Shown here: positions 37,105 through 46,692 of the stretch, piece by piece
How positions within the stretch are numbered: the stretch's first letter is position 1
Layout: each line of letters starts with the position of its first letter
DNA from: an uncultured delta proteobacterium
GTDB lineage: Bacteria; Desulfobacterota; Syntrophia; Syntrophales; Fen-1087
Assembly (NCBI GenBank): GCA_963708515.1
Contig: CAVPSX010000012.1
Span: 409,185-473,184 of the forward strand
Reading direction: 5' to 3'
DNA length: 64,000 nt
Translations under genes and position numbers: made by a program
Notes under the pieces: generated by a model
What the model was told of the DNA's origin: nothing
Database searches by the model: none
What the model saw: only the letters and a program-made list of their open reading frames with translations

Positions 37105-38331
37105 TTACTTTTCTGCGATTTTGATTTTTGCGCCGTCCTTGAGCCGGTTCGGCTTGAGCACCACCTTGTCACCCGCCTTTGCGCCGTCCAGGATTTCAAT
37201 CATATCGCCGAAAGATTCCCCGGTGCGGACAGCGGTCTCCCGCACGCGATCATCCTGAACCAGAAACAGGGCCTGCTTTTCACCCCGGCTGATCAGGGCA
37301 GAACGATGGACGGCGGTGCGCGCCTGTTCTTCCCCGCTTTTCACGGTTCGGGAGAGAAAGGCCACCTTGGCGCTCATTTCGGGCAGAATCCGGGGATCCG
37401 GTTCGAGAAAACGAACCTTGACCATGACGCTGGCCTTACTGCGGTCCGCCGTGGGCACGATCATATGGATCACACCCGCGAAACGGCTGTCGGGAAGCGC
37501 ATCCAGTTGGATTTCACAGGGCTGACCGGCCTTTATCAGACCCAGATTGGACTCGGACACATCGGCTTCAACCTGCAGGGAGTTCATGTCGGCAATGGTC
37601 ACTACGGCCGCCTTGGCATTGGTCGCCGCGCCCACAGGGGTCACAATATCGCCGATATCGGCGTTTTTCGTCAATACCACGGCGTCGAAGGGCGCCCTGA
37701 TCAGGGAATAATCAAGGGCCACGGTCGCGCCCTGGATGGCAGCCACGCTGACACTGACGGCTGCCTCCGCCGCGGCGACGGCCGCCTGCGCGCGTTTATG
37801 GCGGGCCTCGGCGTTGTCATATTCCGATTTTGAAATAATCTGCCGTTCCAGCAGGCGTTTGTTCCGGTCATAGGTCAAGGCGGCGACATTCATCTCCGCT
37901 CTGGCCTCTTCGAGATTGGCCTCGGCTACTTTGCGCTGGGCCAGGGCCTGGTCACGCGATGCTATAGTGTCTTCATTTTCAAGCCGGGCAATAATCTGGC
38001 CCGCTTTGACCCGGCTGCCTTCCTCCACCAACAGGGAGACCAGACGCCCCGTGATCTTCGAGGCCACGGCCGCCTTGCGCTGGGCCACCACATAACCGCT
38101 GGCGTTGAGCAGGGTAAAGGTCTGCGAGGGATAGATCCGGGAGACCGTCACCACCTGCACGGCTTGGGACGGTTGCAGGATGCCCTGAAAATACAGAAAA
38201 ACCGTTGCAATGACGAGAATGACCAGCGCCCCGCCCCAGTATAACCTTTTTCCCCGCCGCGCTTGCGGCAGCGCTTTGGCGGAACGGTCAATCTTCAATT
38301 TTGACAAGTCTTCACCGGTCATGAATTCCAT
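37105..38331 (-). CDS. efflux periplasmic adaptor (HlyD/MFP family)
   Basis: N-terminal TM anchor, coiled-coil region (AEANLEEARAE...AQAAVAAAEAA) and beta-barrel/lipoyl segments. Confidence 0.85.
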   Translation of the reverse strand: MEFMTGEDLSKLKIDRSAKALPQARRGKRLYWGGALVILVIATVFLYFQGILQPSQAVQVVTVSRIYPSQTFTLLNASGYVVAQRKAAVASKITGRLVSLLVEEGSRVKAGQIIARLENEDTIASRDQALAQRKVAEANLEEARAEMNVAALTYDRNKRLLERQIISKSEYDNAEARHKRAQAAVAAAEAAVSVSVAAIQGATVALDYSLIRAPFDAVVLTKNADIGDIVTPVGAATNAKAAVVTIADMNSLQVEADVSESNLGLIKAGQPCEIQLDALPDSRFAGVIHMIVPTADRSKASVMVKVRFLEPDPRILPEMSAKVAFLSRTVKSGEEQARTAVHRSALISRGEKQALFLVQDDRVRETAVRTGESFGDMIEILDGAKAGDKVVLKPNRLKDGAKIKIAEK

Positions 38332-38725
38332 CGCTTTTTGATAGGTTGATCAACACCCGTGAAAAAAGGCTTCGTCCAAGCCTCAACCATGTTGAATGGC
38401 ATACCGTTAACGTCGCCTTTGGAAAGGTAGAAAATATTTGCATCGCCGCTTGCGAGCGCTTTTCTTCGGTTATGCAAAACCGTCAATGATCATGGCGCGG
38501 ATTCTCGACGATTACACGTGATTTGTCAAACAAATATCAAAGGCGTCTTTGACAGGCGTATTGCCATACACTCCCGCCCAGAGGATAAGCAATTTACTCT
38601 CATAAATATCAAATTATAGCTGCCTTCACTCCCGCAACAAAACATGCATGTATTTTTAACCAAATACACATTTTTCAAAGGGTATTCGGCAAACAAATAT
38701 ATTGACAAAACAGAAAGATTGTTTC

Positions 38726-38881
38726 ATGCGGATAAGCCATAAGGAGGGTTTCTTAGCGATAACCGTCTTGTCGCTGCTTCTTCCCCTACTGACATCCATA
38801 TTGATTGGAATCTTCTTTGGCCTTTATCCGGCATATGTAGCAGCAAAGATGGATCCGATCGTCGCACTCAGAAATGAGTAA
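38726..38881 (+). pseudogene. relic of an FtsX/MacB-type permease gene (last TM segment and C-terminus only)
   Basis: Translates to ...FLAITVLSLLLPLLTSILIGIFFGLYPAYVAAKMDPIVALRNE*, the conserved C-terminal signature of FtsX-domain permeases. No upstream part of the gene is present. Confidence 0.6.
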
Positions 38882-39031
38882 AATATTACTCAGACAAAAC
38901 AGCTTTTGATGGACCCCTGCCGGACGAGGTACTCCGTAAATTTGGAGCATGAGCATATTGACCGCGTACAGCAGGATAATTCCATATAGCCGGGTTTTCA
39001 AGTTCCGAATAATTTTCTGTAATAATTTTCT

Positions 39032-39060
39032 TGACAAGTCCGCCTCCATCCATTATAGAT
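39032..39060 (+). promoter_or_regulatory. sigma-70-type promoter TTGACA-N17-TATAGA
   Basis: Exact -35 and a TATAGAT -10, about 90 nt upstream of the EF-G paralogue. Same architecture as the promoter at 22399. Confidence 0.6.
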
Positions 39061-39148
39061 TAGACGTATTTTGAAATACCTGTTTGCGGCAACGCTCCCC
39101 CATCTGGTATAATCCGAATGGGGATTTTTCTTTTTAAGGAAAGGTGCG

Positions 39149-41236
39149 ATGAAAAGCGACATTCAAAAAGTCAGGAACATCGGGATCAGCGCCCACATCG
39201 ATTCAGGCAAGACGACGCTGACCGAGAGGATTCTGTTCTACACCAAGCGCATCCACGCCATTCACGAAGTCAAGGGCAAGGACGGCGTCGGCGCAACCAT
39301 GGACTCCATGGAGCTCGAAAAAGAACGCGGCATCACGATTGCCTCGGCGGCGACGTTTTGCGAATGGAAGGGGCACGAAATCAACATTATCGACACTCCC
39401 GGCCACGTGGATTTCACGATCGAGGTGGAGAGGTCTCTGCGCGTGCTGGACGGCGCCATCCTGGTGCTCTGCGCCGTCGGCGGTGTTCAGTCCCAGTCGA
39501 TTACGGTCGATCAGCAGATGAAACGGTACAATGTCCCGTGTATTGCCTTTATCAACAAATGCGACCGCAGCGGGGCCGACCCTTTCCGCGTCATCGGCCA
39601 GCTTCGGTCCAAGCTGGGACACAACGCCGTGGCCCTGCAGATTCCCCTCGGTCTGGAAATGGATCTGCAGGGAATCGTGGATCTGATCTCCATGAAGGCC
39701 TTCTACTTTGACGGCGACAACGGCGAAATCATCCGCATTGAAGCAATTCCTGAAAATTTCATTGATCTGGCCAGGACGAAGCGCGAAGAATTGATCGACG
39801 CCGCCTCCATGTTTTCCGACGAACTGACCGAGGCGATCCTCGAAGAGCGGGAGATCACCGAGAACCTGATTCTCGATGCCGTCCGCAAAGGAACGCTCAA
39901 ACGACTACTGACGCCCGTTCTCGTAGGATCTGCCTACAAGAACAAGGGCATACAGCCCCTGCTCGACGGCGTCAACCGTCTGCTCCCCTGCCCTGCCGAC
40001 GTTCAGAACGAGGCCCTGGACATGGACAACAACGAGGCGCCGGTCATTCTGGCCACAGATCCTTCCAAACCGATTGTGGCGCTGGCCTTCAAACTGGAAG
40101 ACGGCCTCTACGGACAGCTCACGTATATCCGTGTCTATCAGGGAAACATGGCCCGGGGGGCCACGATCATCAACGCCCGGAGCGGGAAGAAGATCAAGGT
40201 CGGTCGCGTCGTGCGCATGCATGCCGAGCAGATGGAAGAAATCGAGGCCATCCCGGCGGGCTACATCGGCGCTCTTTTCGGCGTCGAATGCGCCTCCGGC
40301 GATACCTTTGTTTCGCCCGGGATCAATCTGACGATGACCTCCATGTTCGTGCCGAATCCCGTCATCTCGCTCGCCATTGCACCGAAAGACAACAAGGCCC
40401 AGATCAATATGTCCAAGGCGCTGGGCCGCTTCACCAAGGAAGACCCCACCTTCCGGGCGCATGTGGATCATGAAACCGGCGAAACAATCATCGAAGGCAT
40501 GGGTGAACTCCACCTGGAGGTCTACGTCGAACGCATGAAACGGGAATACGCCGCCGAGGTTTCCACGGGCGCCCCGCGCGTCGCGTACCGGGAAACCATC
40601 ACCCAGCGGGCGGATTTCAACTACACCCACAAGAAGCAGACCGGCGGCGCCGGACAGTACGGTCGCGTGGCCGGATATCTGGAGCCGGTCGCGGACGCTG
40701 ATTTTGTTTTTGAAAACGACGTCAGGGGCGGCAACATCCCCACCCAGTACATCGCCGCCGTCGAAAAGGGTTTCCGGCAGTGCCTCGCCAAGGGACCCAA
40801 GATGGAATTCCCCGTGACGGGGGTCAAGGTCGTCATCAACGACGGCGCCTCCCATGCCGTGGACTCATCCGACATGGCCTTCCAGGCCGCCGCGCGCGGC
40901 GCCTTCAAGGAAGGGTATCTGCGGGCCAGGCCCATCATTCACGAACCCATCATGAAGGTGGTCGTGGAAACCCCGACGGAATTTCAGGGAGCGGTCATGG
41001 GCCTTCTGAATCAGCGCCGCGGCATGATCGTCGGCGCCCAGGACGATGGCCCCATGTGCGTCATTGAGGCGCAGGCCCCGCTGGCGGAAATGTTTGGATT
41101 TTCAACAGTCCTGAGATCCTCCAGCCAGGGAAAGGCGCAATTTACAATGGAATTCGCACTTTACCGGCAGGTTCCGCAGTCCATCGCGGAAACAATTGCC
41201 GAAGACACGGCCCGGCGCAAGAAGAACGCGGCATAA
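39149..41236 (+). CDS. fusA: elongation factor G paralogue (stand-alone, not in an str operon)
   Basis: G1 [10 protein letters not shown]3 DTPGH and G4 NKCD, domains II-V, 695 aa. No rpsL/rpsG/tuf neighbours. Confidence 0.9.
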   Translation: MKSDIQKVRNIGISAHIDSGKTTLTERILFYTKRIHAIHEVKGKDGVGATMDSMELEKERGITIASAATFCEWKGHEINIIDTPGHVDFTIEVERSLRVLDGAILVLCAVGGVQSQSITVDQQMKRYNVPCIAFINKCDRSGADPFRVIGQLRSKLGHNAVALQIPLGLEMDLQGIVDLISMKAFYFDGDNGEIIRIEAIPENFIDLARTKREELIDAASMFSDELTEAILEEREITENLILDAVRKGTLKRLLTPVLVGSAYKNKGIQPLLDGVNRLLPCPADVQNEALDMDNNEAPVILATDPSKPIVALAFKLEDGLYGQLTYIRVYQGNMARGATIINARSGKKIKVGRVVRMHAEQMEEIEAIPAGYIGALFGVECASGDTFVSPGINLTMTSMFVPNPVISLAIAPKDNKAQINMSKALGRFTKEDPTFRAHVDHETGETIIEGMGELHLEVYVERMKREYAAEVSTGAPRVAYRETITQRADFNYTHKKQTGGAGQYGRVAGYLEPVADADFVFENDVRGGNIPTQYIAAVEKGFRQCLAKGPKMEFPVTGVKVVINDGASHAVDSSDMAFQAAARGAFKEGYLRARPIIHEPIMKVVVETPTEFQGAVMGLLNQRRGMIVGAQDDGPMCVIEAQAPLAEMFGFSTVLRSSSQGKAQFTMEFALYRQVPQSIAETIAEDTARRKKNAA

Positions 41237-41323
41237 AATAATCCCGGTGGACAAGACAAATCGATGCGCCCCTTATCGCTGCGAAAAGATACCGCAACCA
41301 TCATCAACTTTAAAGACAGGAAT

Positions 41324-42031
41324 ATGACGATGTTCAAGAATGATTTGATCGTTCGCAATCCACTCAGGAAGATGGGGTCCGAAACCGACGACGTGATTCC
41401 TGAAGGGGGCTTCGGCGCCGTTCTCGCCCATGCCGGCGTCGGTAAGACGGCATTGCTCGTGCAGCTGGCCCTCAATGCCATGCTGAGAGAAAGGAATGTC
41501 CTTCACATCAGCCTCAATGATCCCGTCGGCAAGGTCAGCCTCTGGTATCAGGAGCTTTTCCAACATCTGGCGAAGGAAACCCAGGTGCGGCAGATACAGC
41601 AACTCTGGGAGACCATCCTGCCTCATCGGTTTATCCTGACCTTTAAGGCGGAGGGCTTCAGCGTCCCGAGGCTTGAGGAACGCTTGACGGACCTGCTGGC
41701 GCAGGACATCTTTCATCCGCAGATGATGATCATGGACGGGCTGCGTTTTGATGAATCGGGACGCCAGCCGCTCTGCGATCTGAAAGCGCTGTCGGCCCGG
41801 CACCGAATGCGAGTCTGGTTTACCGTCAACACCCATCGCCATGAACAGCCTGGTCCGGACGGCTTGCCGGTGCAACTGCTCCATGTGGCAGACCTTTTCG
41901 ACATCGTCCTCGAGCTTCAGCCCAAAGGCTCGGAAATTCACATTCTGCCTCTGAAAGGATCGCCGCCCGCCGCTGACGGCCTGCCCCTGCTGTTGGATCC
42001 ATCGACCATGCTGATCAACGACAACGGCTGA
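41324..42031 (+). CDS. P-loop protein (RecA/KaiC-like fold suspected)
   Basis: Walker A-like AHAGVGKT and Walker B-like MMIMDG. Otherwise unassigned, and the start is uncertain (41324 or 41330). Confidence 0.5.
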   Translation: MTMFKNDLIVRNPLRKMGSETDDVIPEGGFGAVLAHAGVGKTALLVQLALNAMLRERNVLHISLNDPVGKVSLWYQELFQHLAKETQVRQIQQLWETILPHRFILTFKAEGFSVPRLEERLTDLLAQDIFHPQMMIMDGLRFDESGRQPLCDLKALSARHRMRVWFTVNTHRHEQPGPDGLPVQLLHVADLFDIVLELQPKGSEIHILPLKGSPPAADGLPLLLDPSTMLINDNG

Positions 42032-42124
42032 CGTTCAGGGTTCAGAAACGGCCATTGTTTTATCCGGGAAATGTGGTATAAATTGCTTCAAAGCGAATTC
42101 ACCCTGCCGGAGAGGAACAATGCC

Positions 42125-43147
42125 ATGAGGGACCTTCCCGTTCCCGTCCTGTTGCTGTACAATCTGGATCCGGCCTGGTCAGACGGAGATCGGGGCATTG
42201 CCGTCCAGGAAGCCAACCGGCTTGCATCAAGCCTCGGCGAGCTGGGCCATCCGGTAACCTCCATCGCCGTTCGCAACGCCGATCTGGCCGCCTGTCTCAG
42301 GAGTTATGATCCCCGTGAATGGATTGCTTTCAACTGGTGTGAAGAGCTGCCGGGTATGCCGCACAGCGACGCGCGTGTAGCGGAAATTCTTGAATCAGCG
42401 GGATTTACCTACACCGGGTCGACGCCGGAGGTGCTTCGGCTGAGCTGGGACAAGGCCGGAATGAAAAAGCTTCTAAACAAGCAGGATCTGCCCACGCCGC
42501 GCTGGCGCATATACGCTGATGCCGATCCCGGAGACTGGCGCTGGTTCCCCGCCATGGTGAAACCGGCGCAGGAGCATTGCAGCATCGGGGTAACGACCGA
42601 TGCGGTTGTCCGGGACGCCGGCGAGTTGCGAACCCGCATTGCCTGCATCCTTGACGCGTTCAGGCAGCCTGCCCTTGTGGAGGATTTTATCGACGGCCGG
42701 GAATTTCATGTTTCCCTGTGGGGCAACGAAGAGGTGCGGATGCTGCCGGTGGCGGAAATGGATTTCAGCCGTTTCGACGATGTGCGGGACCGTTTATGCA
42801 CCTATGAGTCCAAGCATCATCCGGGATCGCGGCATTATGAAGGAATTCAAACGTTGCTACCGGCTCCGTTGACGGCAGCGGAACATGATCTCCTGTACCG
42901 CACGGCGCAGTCGGCCTATCGGGCCTATCGCTGCCGTGACTTCGCGCGGCTGGATATCCGCCTGCGGGACGGGGTCTTTTACATCCTGGACATCAATCCC
43001 AATCCCGACATCAGTTCCGATGCCAGCTTGGCCTGCGCGGCGGAGGCCGCCGGTTTTTCCTTCGGCGCCATGGGCAGCCATTTGATCGGCCTGGCGGCTG
43101 TCCGTCACCCCATATTCGGACGTCGATTCAGCGCCGCCTCCGACTGA
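42125..43147 (+). CDS. ATP-grasp ligase (D-Ala-D-Ala ligase/RimK-like)
   Basis: Typical ATP-grasp succession (KLLNKQDLPTPRW, MVKPAQEHCSIGV, EDFIDGREFHV, ARLDIRL...ILDINPNP). Start at the ATG after GGAGAGG. Confidence 0.75.
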   Translation: MRDLPVPVLLLYNLDPAWSDGDRGIAVQEANRLASSLGELGHPVTSIAVRNADLAACLRSYDPREWIAFNWCEELPGMPHSDARVAEILESAGFTYTGSTPEVLRLSWDKAGMKKLLNKQDLPTPRWRIYADADPGDWRWFPAMVKPAQEHCSIGVTTDAVVRDAGELRTRIACILDAFRQPALVEDFIDGREFHVSLWGNEEVRMLPVAEMDFSRFDDVRDRLCTYESKHHPGSRHYEGIQTLLPAPLTAAEHDLLYRTAQSAYRAYRCRDFARLDIRLRDGVFYILDINPNPDISSDASLACAAEAAGFSFGAMGSHLIGLAAVRHPIFGRRFSAASD

Positions 43148-43242
43148 ACAGGGGGGCAGCCCGTGCAAAAAAATATTGACAACTTTCCCCGATTTATTCA
43201 TTGTAACGGCAAAACCAAACGCCATGAGAAGGAGATCAGATT

Positions 43243-43407
43243 ATGCCCACTTACGACTATCAGTGCCAGGACTGCAAACGGAAATTCTCCGTGACGCACC
43301 GCATCTCCGACCACGACAAGGCGAAGGTCGTTTGTCCGAAGTGCAAAAGCCGGAAGGTCAAACAGCAAATTTCTCTATTTATCACGAAAACCAGCCGCAA
43401 AAGTTAA
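43243..43407 (+). CDS. FmdB-family zinc-ribbon protein
   Basis: 54-aa ORF, too short for the ORF track: MPTYDYQCQDC...VVCPKCKS (CxxC-N21-CxxC) with an AGGAG RBS. Confidence 0.8.
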   Translation: MPTYDYQCQDCKRKFSVTHRISDHDKAKVVCPKCKSRKVKQQISLFITKTSRKS

Positions 43408-43413
43408 CGATTT

Positions 43414-43547
43414 GGTAAAAAAGTCAGAGACCTCTCTTCGCATTGCGCCTCAGCCGAATGTCGCTGCGGTGTATACAAAGTGATGTTCACCCGGTCCATG
43501 CGCACTTCCTAAAAGAGAGACTCCTGCTTTTTTGACGGAAGTCCATC
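43414..43547 (+). repeat. family-2 palindromic intergenic element, copy Z (divergent)
   Basis: Starts GTAAAAAAGTC. The core GCATTGCGCCTCAGCCGAATGTCGCTGCGGTGTATACAAAGT aligns with copies X and Y. Ends are inverted (AAAAAAGTCAGAGACCTCTCTT / AAGAGAGACTCCTGCTTTTTT). Confidence 0.65.
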
Positions 43548-43830
43548 CTTTCAATCAGGATTCATTGATTTTCTTTCCAGAATATTAAGACATAAATACC
43601 CCGTTCTGCAAGGGGTCAGGACCAACGGATACGGGGAAGCTAATGCGCAGCGGTTTAGTTCTTCAATGCGTAATGATCATATCTATGGCAACCCCAACAC
43701 CTCCTCACCGCAAGTTTCGGTTCAGCATTTTACCGCCAAATTAACTTTGACACACAAGATCATCTTGACTTACGCTCGGGCAGTCAATAAGCAAAGATAA
43801 AATTGATAAAAAATGATGAGGGTAAATATC

Positions 43831-44946
43831 ATGAGGAAACTACTTTTGTTAAGCATGGTGCTTTTCGCAATTTTTATTACTGCGTGCAGCAACAGCAGCG
43901 ACAATTTGCATGATCAAAGAATAAGAATTGCCTTCCATGATGTCCCCTATCAGACCGAAAAATATCTGCGTATCGGCTACACGCTGGAGACATGGGAATA
44001 TGAAAAAGACGGTCTGGAGCTGCAGCAGATAAAGGTTCTGGATGCAGACACCAAAGAAGAGCTGTTTATCATCGATAAAAATAACATGCCGAAAATATAC
44101 AAGAATCCTCTGACTTCAAGCCCCTATTTTGTCTTTGACATCCTGACAGACTATTACCTTTCGATACAACTTCCCATTCCCCTGGGGACAACACCGCCAA
44201 GAAACGTGTCCCATCGCTTTATCTTGAAAAATACTGCCGACAATAGCGAATTGGCCATAGAAGGGGCAGTGTTCTCGCCACGCACAAACGAAGCGCCGCT
44301 TGTGATTGCCTCGCCGCTTAAAGGAGAGAACCTCTATTACTTGAACCAGTCAACCATGGGTTATCATTTTTATGTATTAATGTTTATGAACGGCAAAATC
44401 TTCAAGCCTGAGCGCTATGCAATCGACACGTCTGAGATAAAGAGTGATTTAACCACGTACTTGAAGGGAGATCCCAAAGTGAACACTTCCTATTTCAATT
44501 ACGGGAGGACCTTGTACGCCGTTGCCGATGGGAAGGTGGTGCATATTCAGGACGGTCGGCCGGAAAAATCCGGAGATGCAAAGGATGTCACCTTAAAATC
44601 GGCGGATGAATATGCCGGAAACTACCTGGTGCTGGATATCGGGGGCGGGCGGTATGCCTATTATTGTCACTGTATTCCGAACTCTTTTTTGGTAAGAGTG
44701 GGCGACGGGGTGAAGGAAGGCGACCCGATCGCACAGTTGGGCAATTCAGGCAATTCTACAGGACCGCATCTCCACTTCCATATAGCTGACGGGCCGGAGA
44801 TTTGGACATCCAACGGTCTTCCCTTTGTGCTGAAGAAATATACAAAGACAGGTATATTTATCGAACCGGGCCCTGGTACTCTCATGCCTCATGAACCTTT
44901 TACCAACGCCATGATGGAAAATACAACCGTGTTCAATGTGGAATAA
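43831..44946 (+). CDS. M23-family metallopeptidase lipoprotein
   Basis: Lipobox LFAIFITAC and C-terminal GNSGNSTGPHLHFHI (HxH motif). The gene is visibly AT-richer than the window average. Confidence 0.85.
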   Translation: MRKLLLLSMVLFAIFITACSNSSDNLHDQRIRIAFHDVPYQTEKYLRIGYTLETWEYEKDGLELQQIKVLDADTKEELFIIDKNNMPKIYKNPLTSSPYFVFDILTDYYLSIQLPIPLGTTPPRNVSHRFILKNTADNSELAIEGAVFSPRTNEAPLVIASPLKGENLYYLNQSTMGYHFYVLMFMNGKIFKPERYAIDTSEIKSDLTTYLKGDPKVNTSYFNYGRTLYAVADGKVVHIQDGRPEKSGDAKDVTLKSADEYAGNYLVLDIGGGRYAYYCHCIPNSFLVRVGDGVKEGDPIAQLGNSGNSTGPHLHFHIADGPEIWTSNGLPFVLKKYTKTGIFIEPGPGTLMPHEPFTNAMMENTTVFNVE

Positions 44947-45163
44947 AAAAATCTATAGGGACATCCTCAACGGATTCATCTGTGGACAAGGTTAAGGAGG
45001 GTAGCATGAGTCTAAAGCGGTATATGTAAGATTCAGTGAACATTTCGACCCGTAATACTTAGTGTTAGTCATGCCACAATGTTATCGACTTGTCGGTGTG
45101 GTCAGTCAAGACTCAATTCACCAGATTATTAAATCAAAAAGTATGCATAAACCGGATGAGCCA

Positions 45164-46388
45164 TTAAAGTGAATCCAGGAAGCGGTCCAGAATCCTGGTC
45201 ATCTCGTCGTATCGGGGATTGTAGGTGAGCCGGCGCAGCGTGTAGCGGCTCAGATTCTGCGATGTGAGTTCGCCCTGCCAGAGATGCGGATCATGCAGGC
45301 AGGACATCCGCTTTTCGTGGTCGGCCTGGTAATGCAGGCAGTATTTATACCCCCCGTTTTTGCCATAATGGGGATCATCAGGCGGCACGAGCAGCGAGAT
45401 GTGGGCATAATCGAGAACCCGATCTTCTGGAAGGAAACTCTTCTGAAATAGAATTCTGGCATCGGTGTCCTTGCGGCTTTTCGAATCCTCCTTACCGTAA
45501 AGCAGCAGCAAGCTTTTGGGCGATGTCGCGTAAGCCTTGAAGACATCGACAATTTTATCCGTGTCAACCGAGATGTCATCTGCGCTGACAGCGGTAAAGA
45601 CCGGCATGGAGAGGCGTCTGCCCGATGCAATAGCGGCATCGATTTCACGGGTCAGCCGGTAAACCTGGACGCCTCCGTTTATCGCAAAGCTTTCATATTT
45701 GGCATAATCCTTGTCATCCCCTTTGCTTCCAAGCCAATCCGTAAAAACATTCATGAACCCGGCCATGGCAGCCCACGGACTTCTGATGCCCACGGCTGGA
45801 GCAAACAGGATCAGTCCGTGAACATCCTTATTTTTCAAGGCTTCGCGGATGCAGAGGGCGCCACCCGTAGAGAATCCGCCCAGATAGAGTTTCTCCACCT
45901 GAGGCCTCAGTCGCAACACCATATTCCGTCGCACGGATCCACTCCTGATAGCCGACGCTCAGAAGGTCGCCGGGGACGGTGCCGTGGCCCGGCAACAGAA
46001 TCGATCGAACCAGAAAGCCCCGCTGCTGAAGGCTCCGGGCAATCGGTTGCATGAAATAGGGAGAGTCCGACAGGCCATGGATCAGCAGGATTCCTTTTTC
46101 ATGGCGGCCCTCCCGATTCCGGGGGAATCGGCTTTCATCGGGTATCAACTCAAAAGGCCGATTGGCATCCAGAACGATTTTCCGGTTGGCTTCATGGATA
46201 TCCACACGGGCTTTTTCAATCATATGTTCGGATTGCCGGATATATTCATCGAAAGTCACATCCCGGCCGAAGGTGAACCGGCTGTTGAGTCCCGATTCCT
46301 GGAGACGCGGAGGTAGTGTCGCGCAACCGGCCAGCACAACCGTCAGAATAAAAAAGAGTAAATGCTGCTTGAGTCTTTTAAGGCGCAT
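45164..46388 (-). pseudogene. alpha/beta-hydrolase lipoprotein, interrupted by a frameshift near 45910-45930
   Basis: The upstream ORF has the lipobox (VVLAGC), HGLSDSP and LLPGHG. The downstream ORF in another frame continues with the nucleophile elbow LYLGGFSTGG. The junction reads ...WIRATEYGV / LRLRPQVEKLY. Confidence 0.7.
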
Positions 46389-46421
46389 CAGAACCCCTGT
46401 TCAGCGATGGTTATAGGTTTC

Positions 46422-46588
46422 GAGAGCTTTGCATGACCGCTGATAAATGGTTCGCACGCGGCGAATCAAAGATTTTTCGACTTTCCAGGAATAAGACTAA
46501 TTCACCGATTTCAACAGGATTTAGACCTTATCCTAATTTCTTGCGAAAAAGATTTTGAGCCGCGGTGAAGCCATTGATCAGCAATCTC
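46422..46588 (+). repeat. family-1 palindromic intergenic element, copy C
   Basis: GAGAGCTTTGCATGACCGCTGATAAATGGTTCGCACGCGGCGAATCAAAGATTTTTCG ... GACTAATTCACCGATTTCAA ... GCGAAAAAGATTTTGAGCCGCGGTGAAGCCATTGATCAGCAATCTC. Confidence 0.85.
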
Positions 46589-46692
46589 ATTTTATGATAC
46601 CCAAAGCCGCAGATATAATCAACGATTGGTTTTTGAAGGTGCGTATGCTATGAATCACAAGGATTATTTCATGTATCAATATGGAATGAGTC

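Noticed and set aside
38369-38385. GAAAAAAGGCTTCG, resembling the family-1 right arm (reverse-complement orientation)
   Set aside because: Only ~14 nt are similar and no partner arm is present. It was not called.
38786-39049. 87-aa minus-strand ORF in the AT-rich gap
   Set aside because: It has no RBS, overlaps the EF-G promoter and part of the FtsX relic region, and has low-complexity hydrophobic composition.
39905-40855. 316-aa - strand ORF
   Set aside because: It is antisense to EF-G, whose G-domain motifs are unambiguous.
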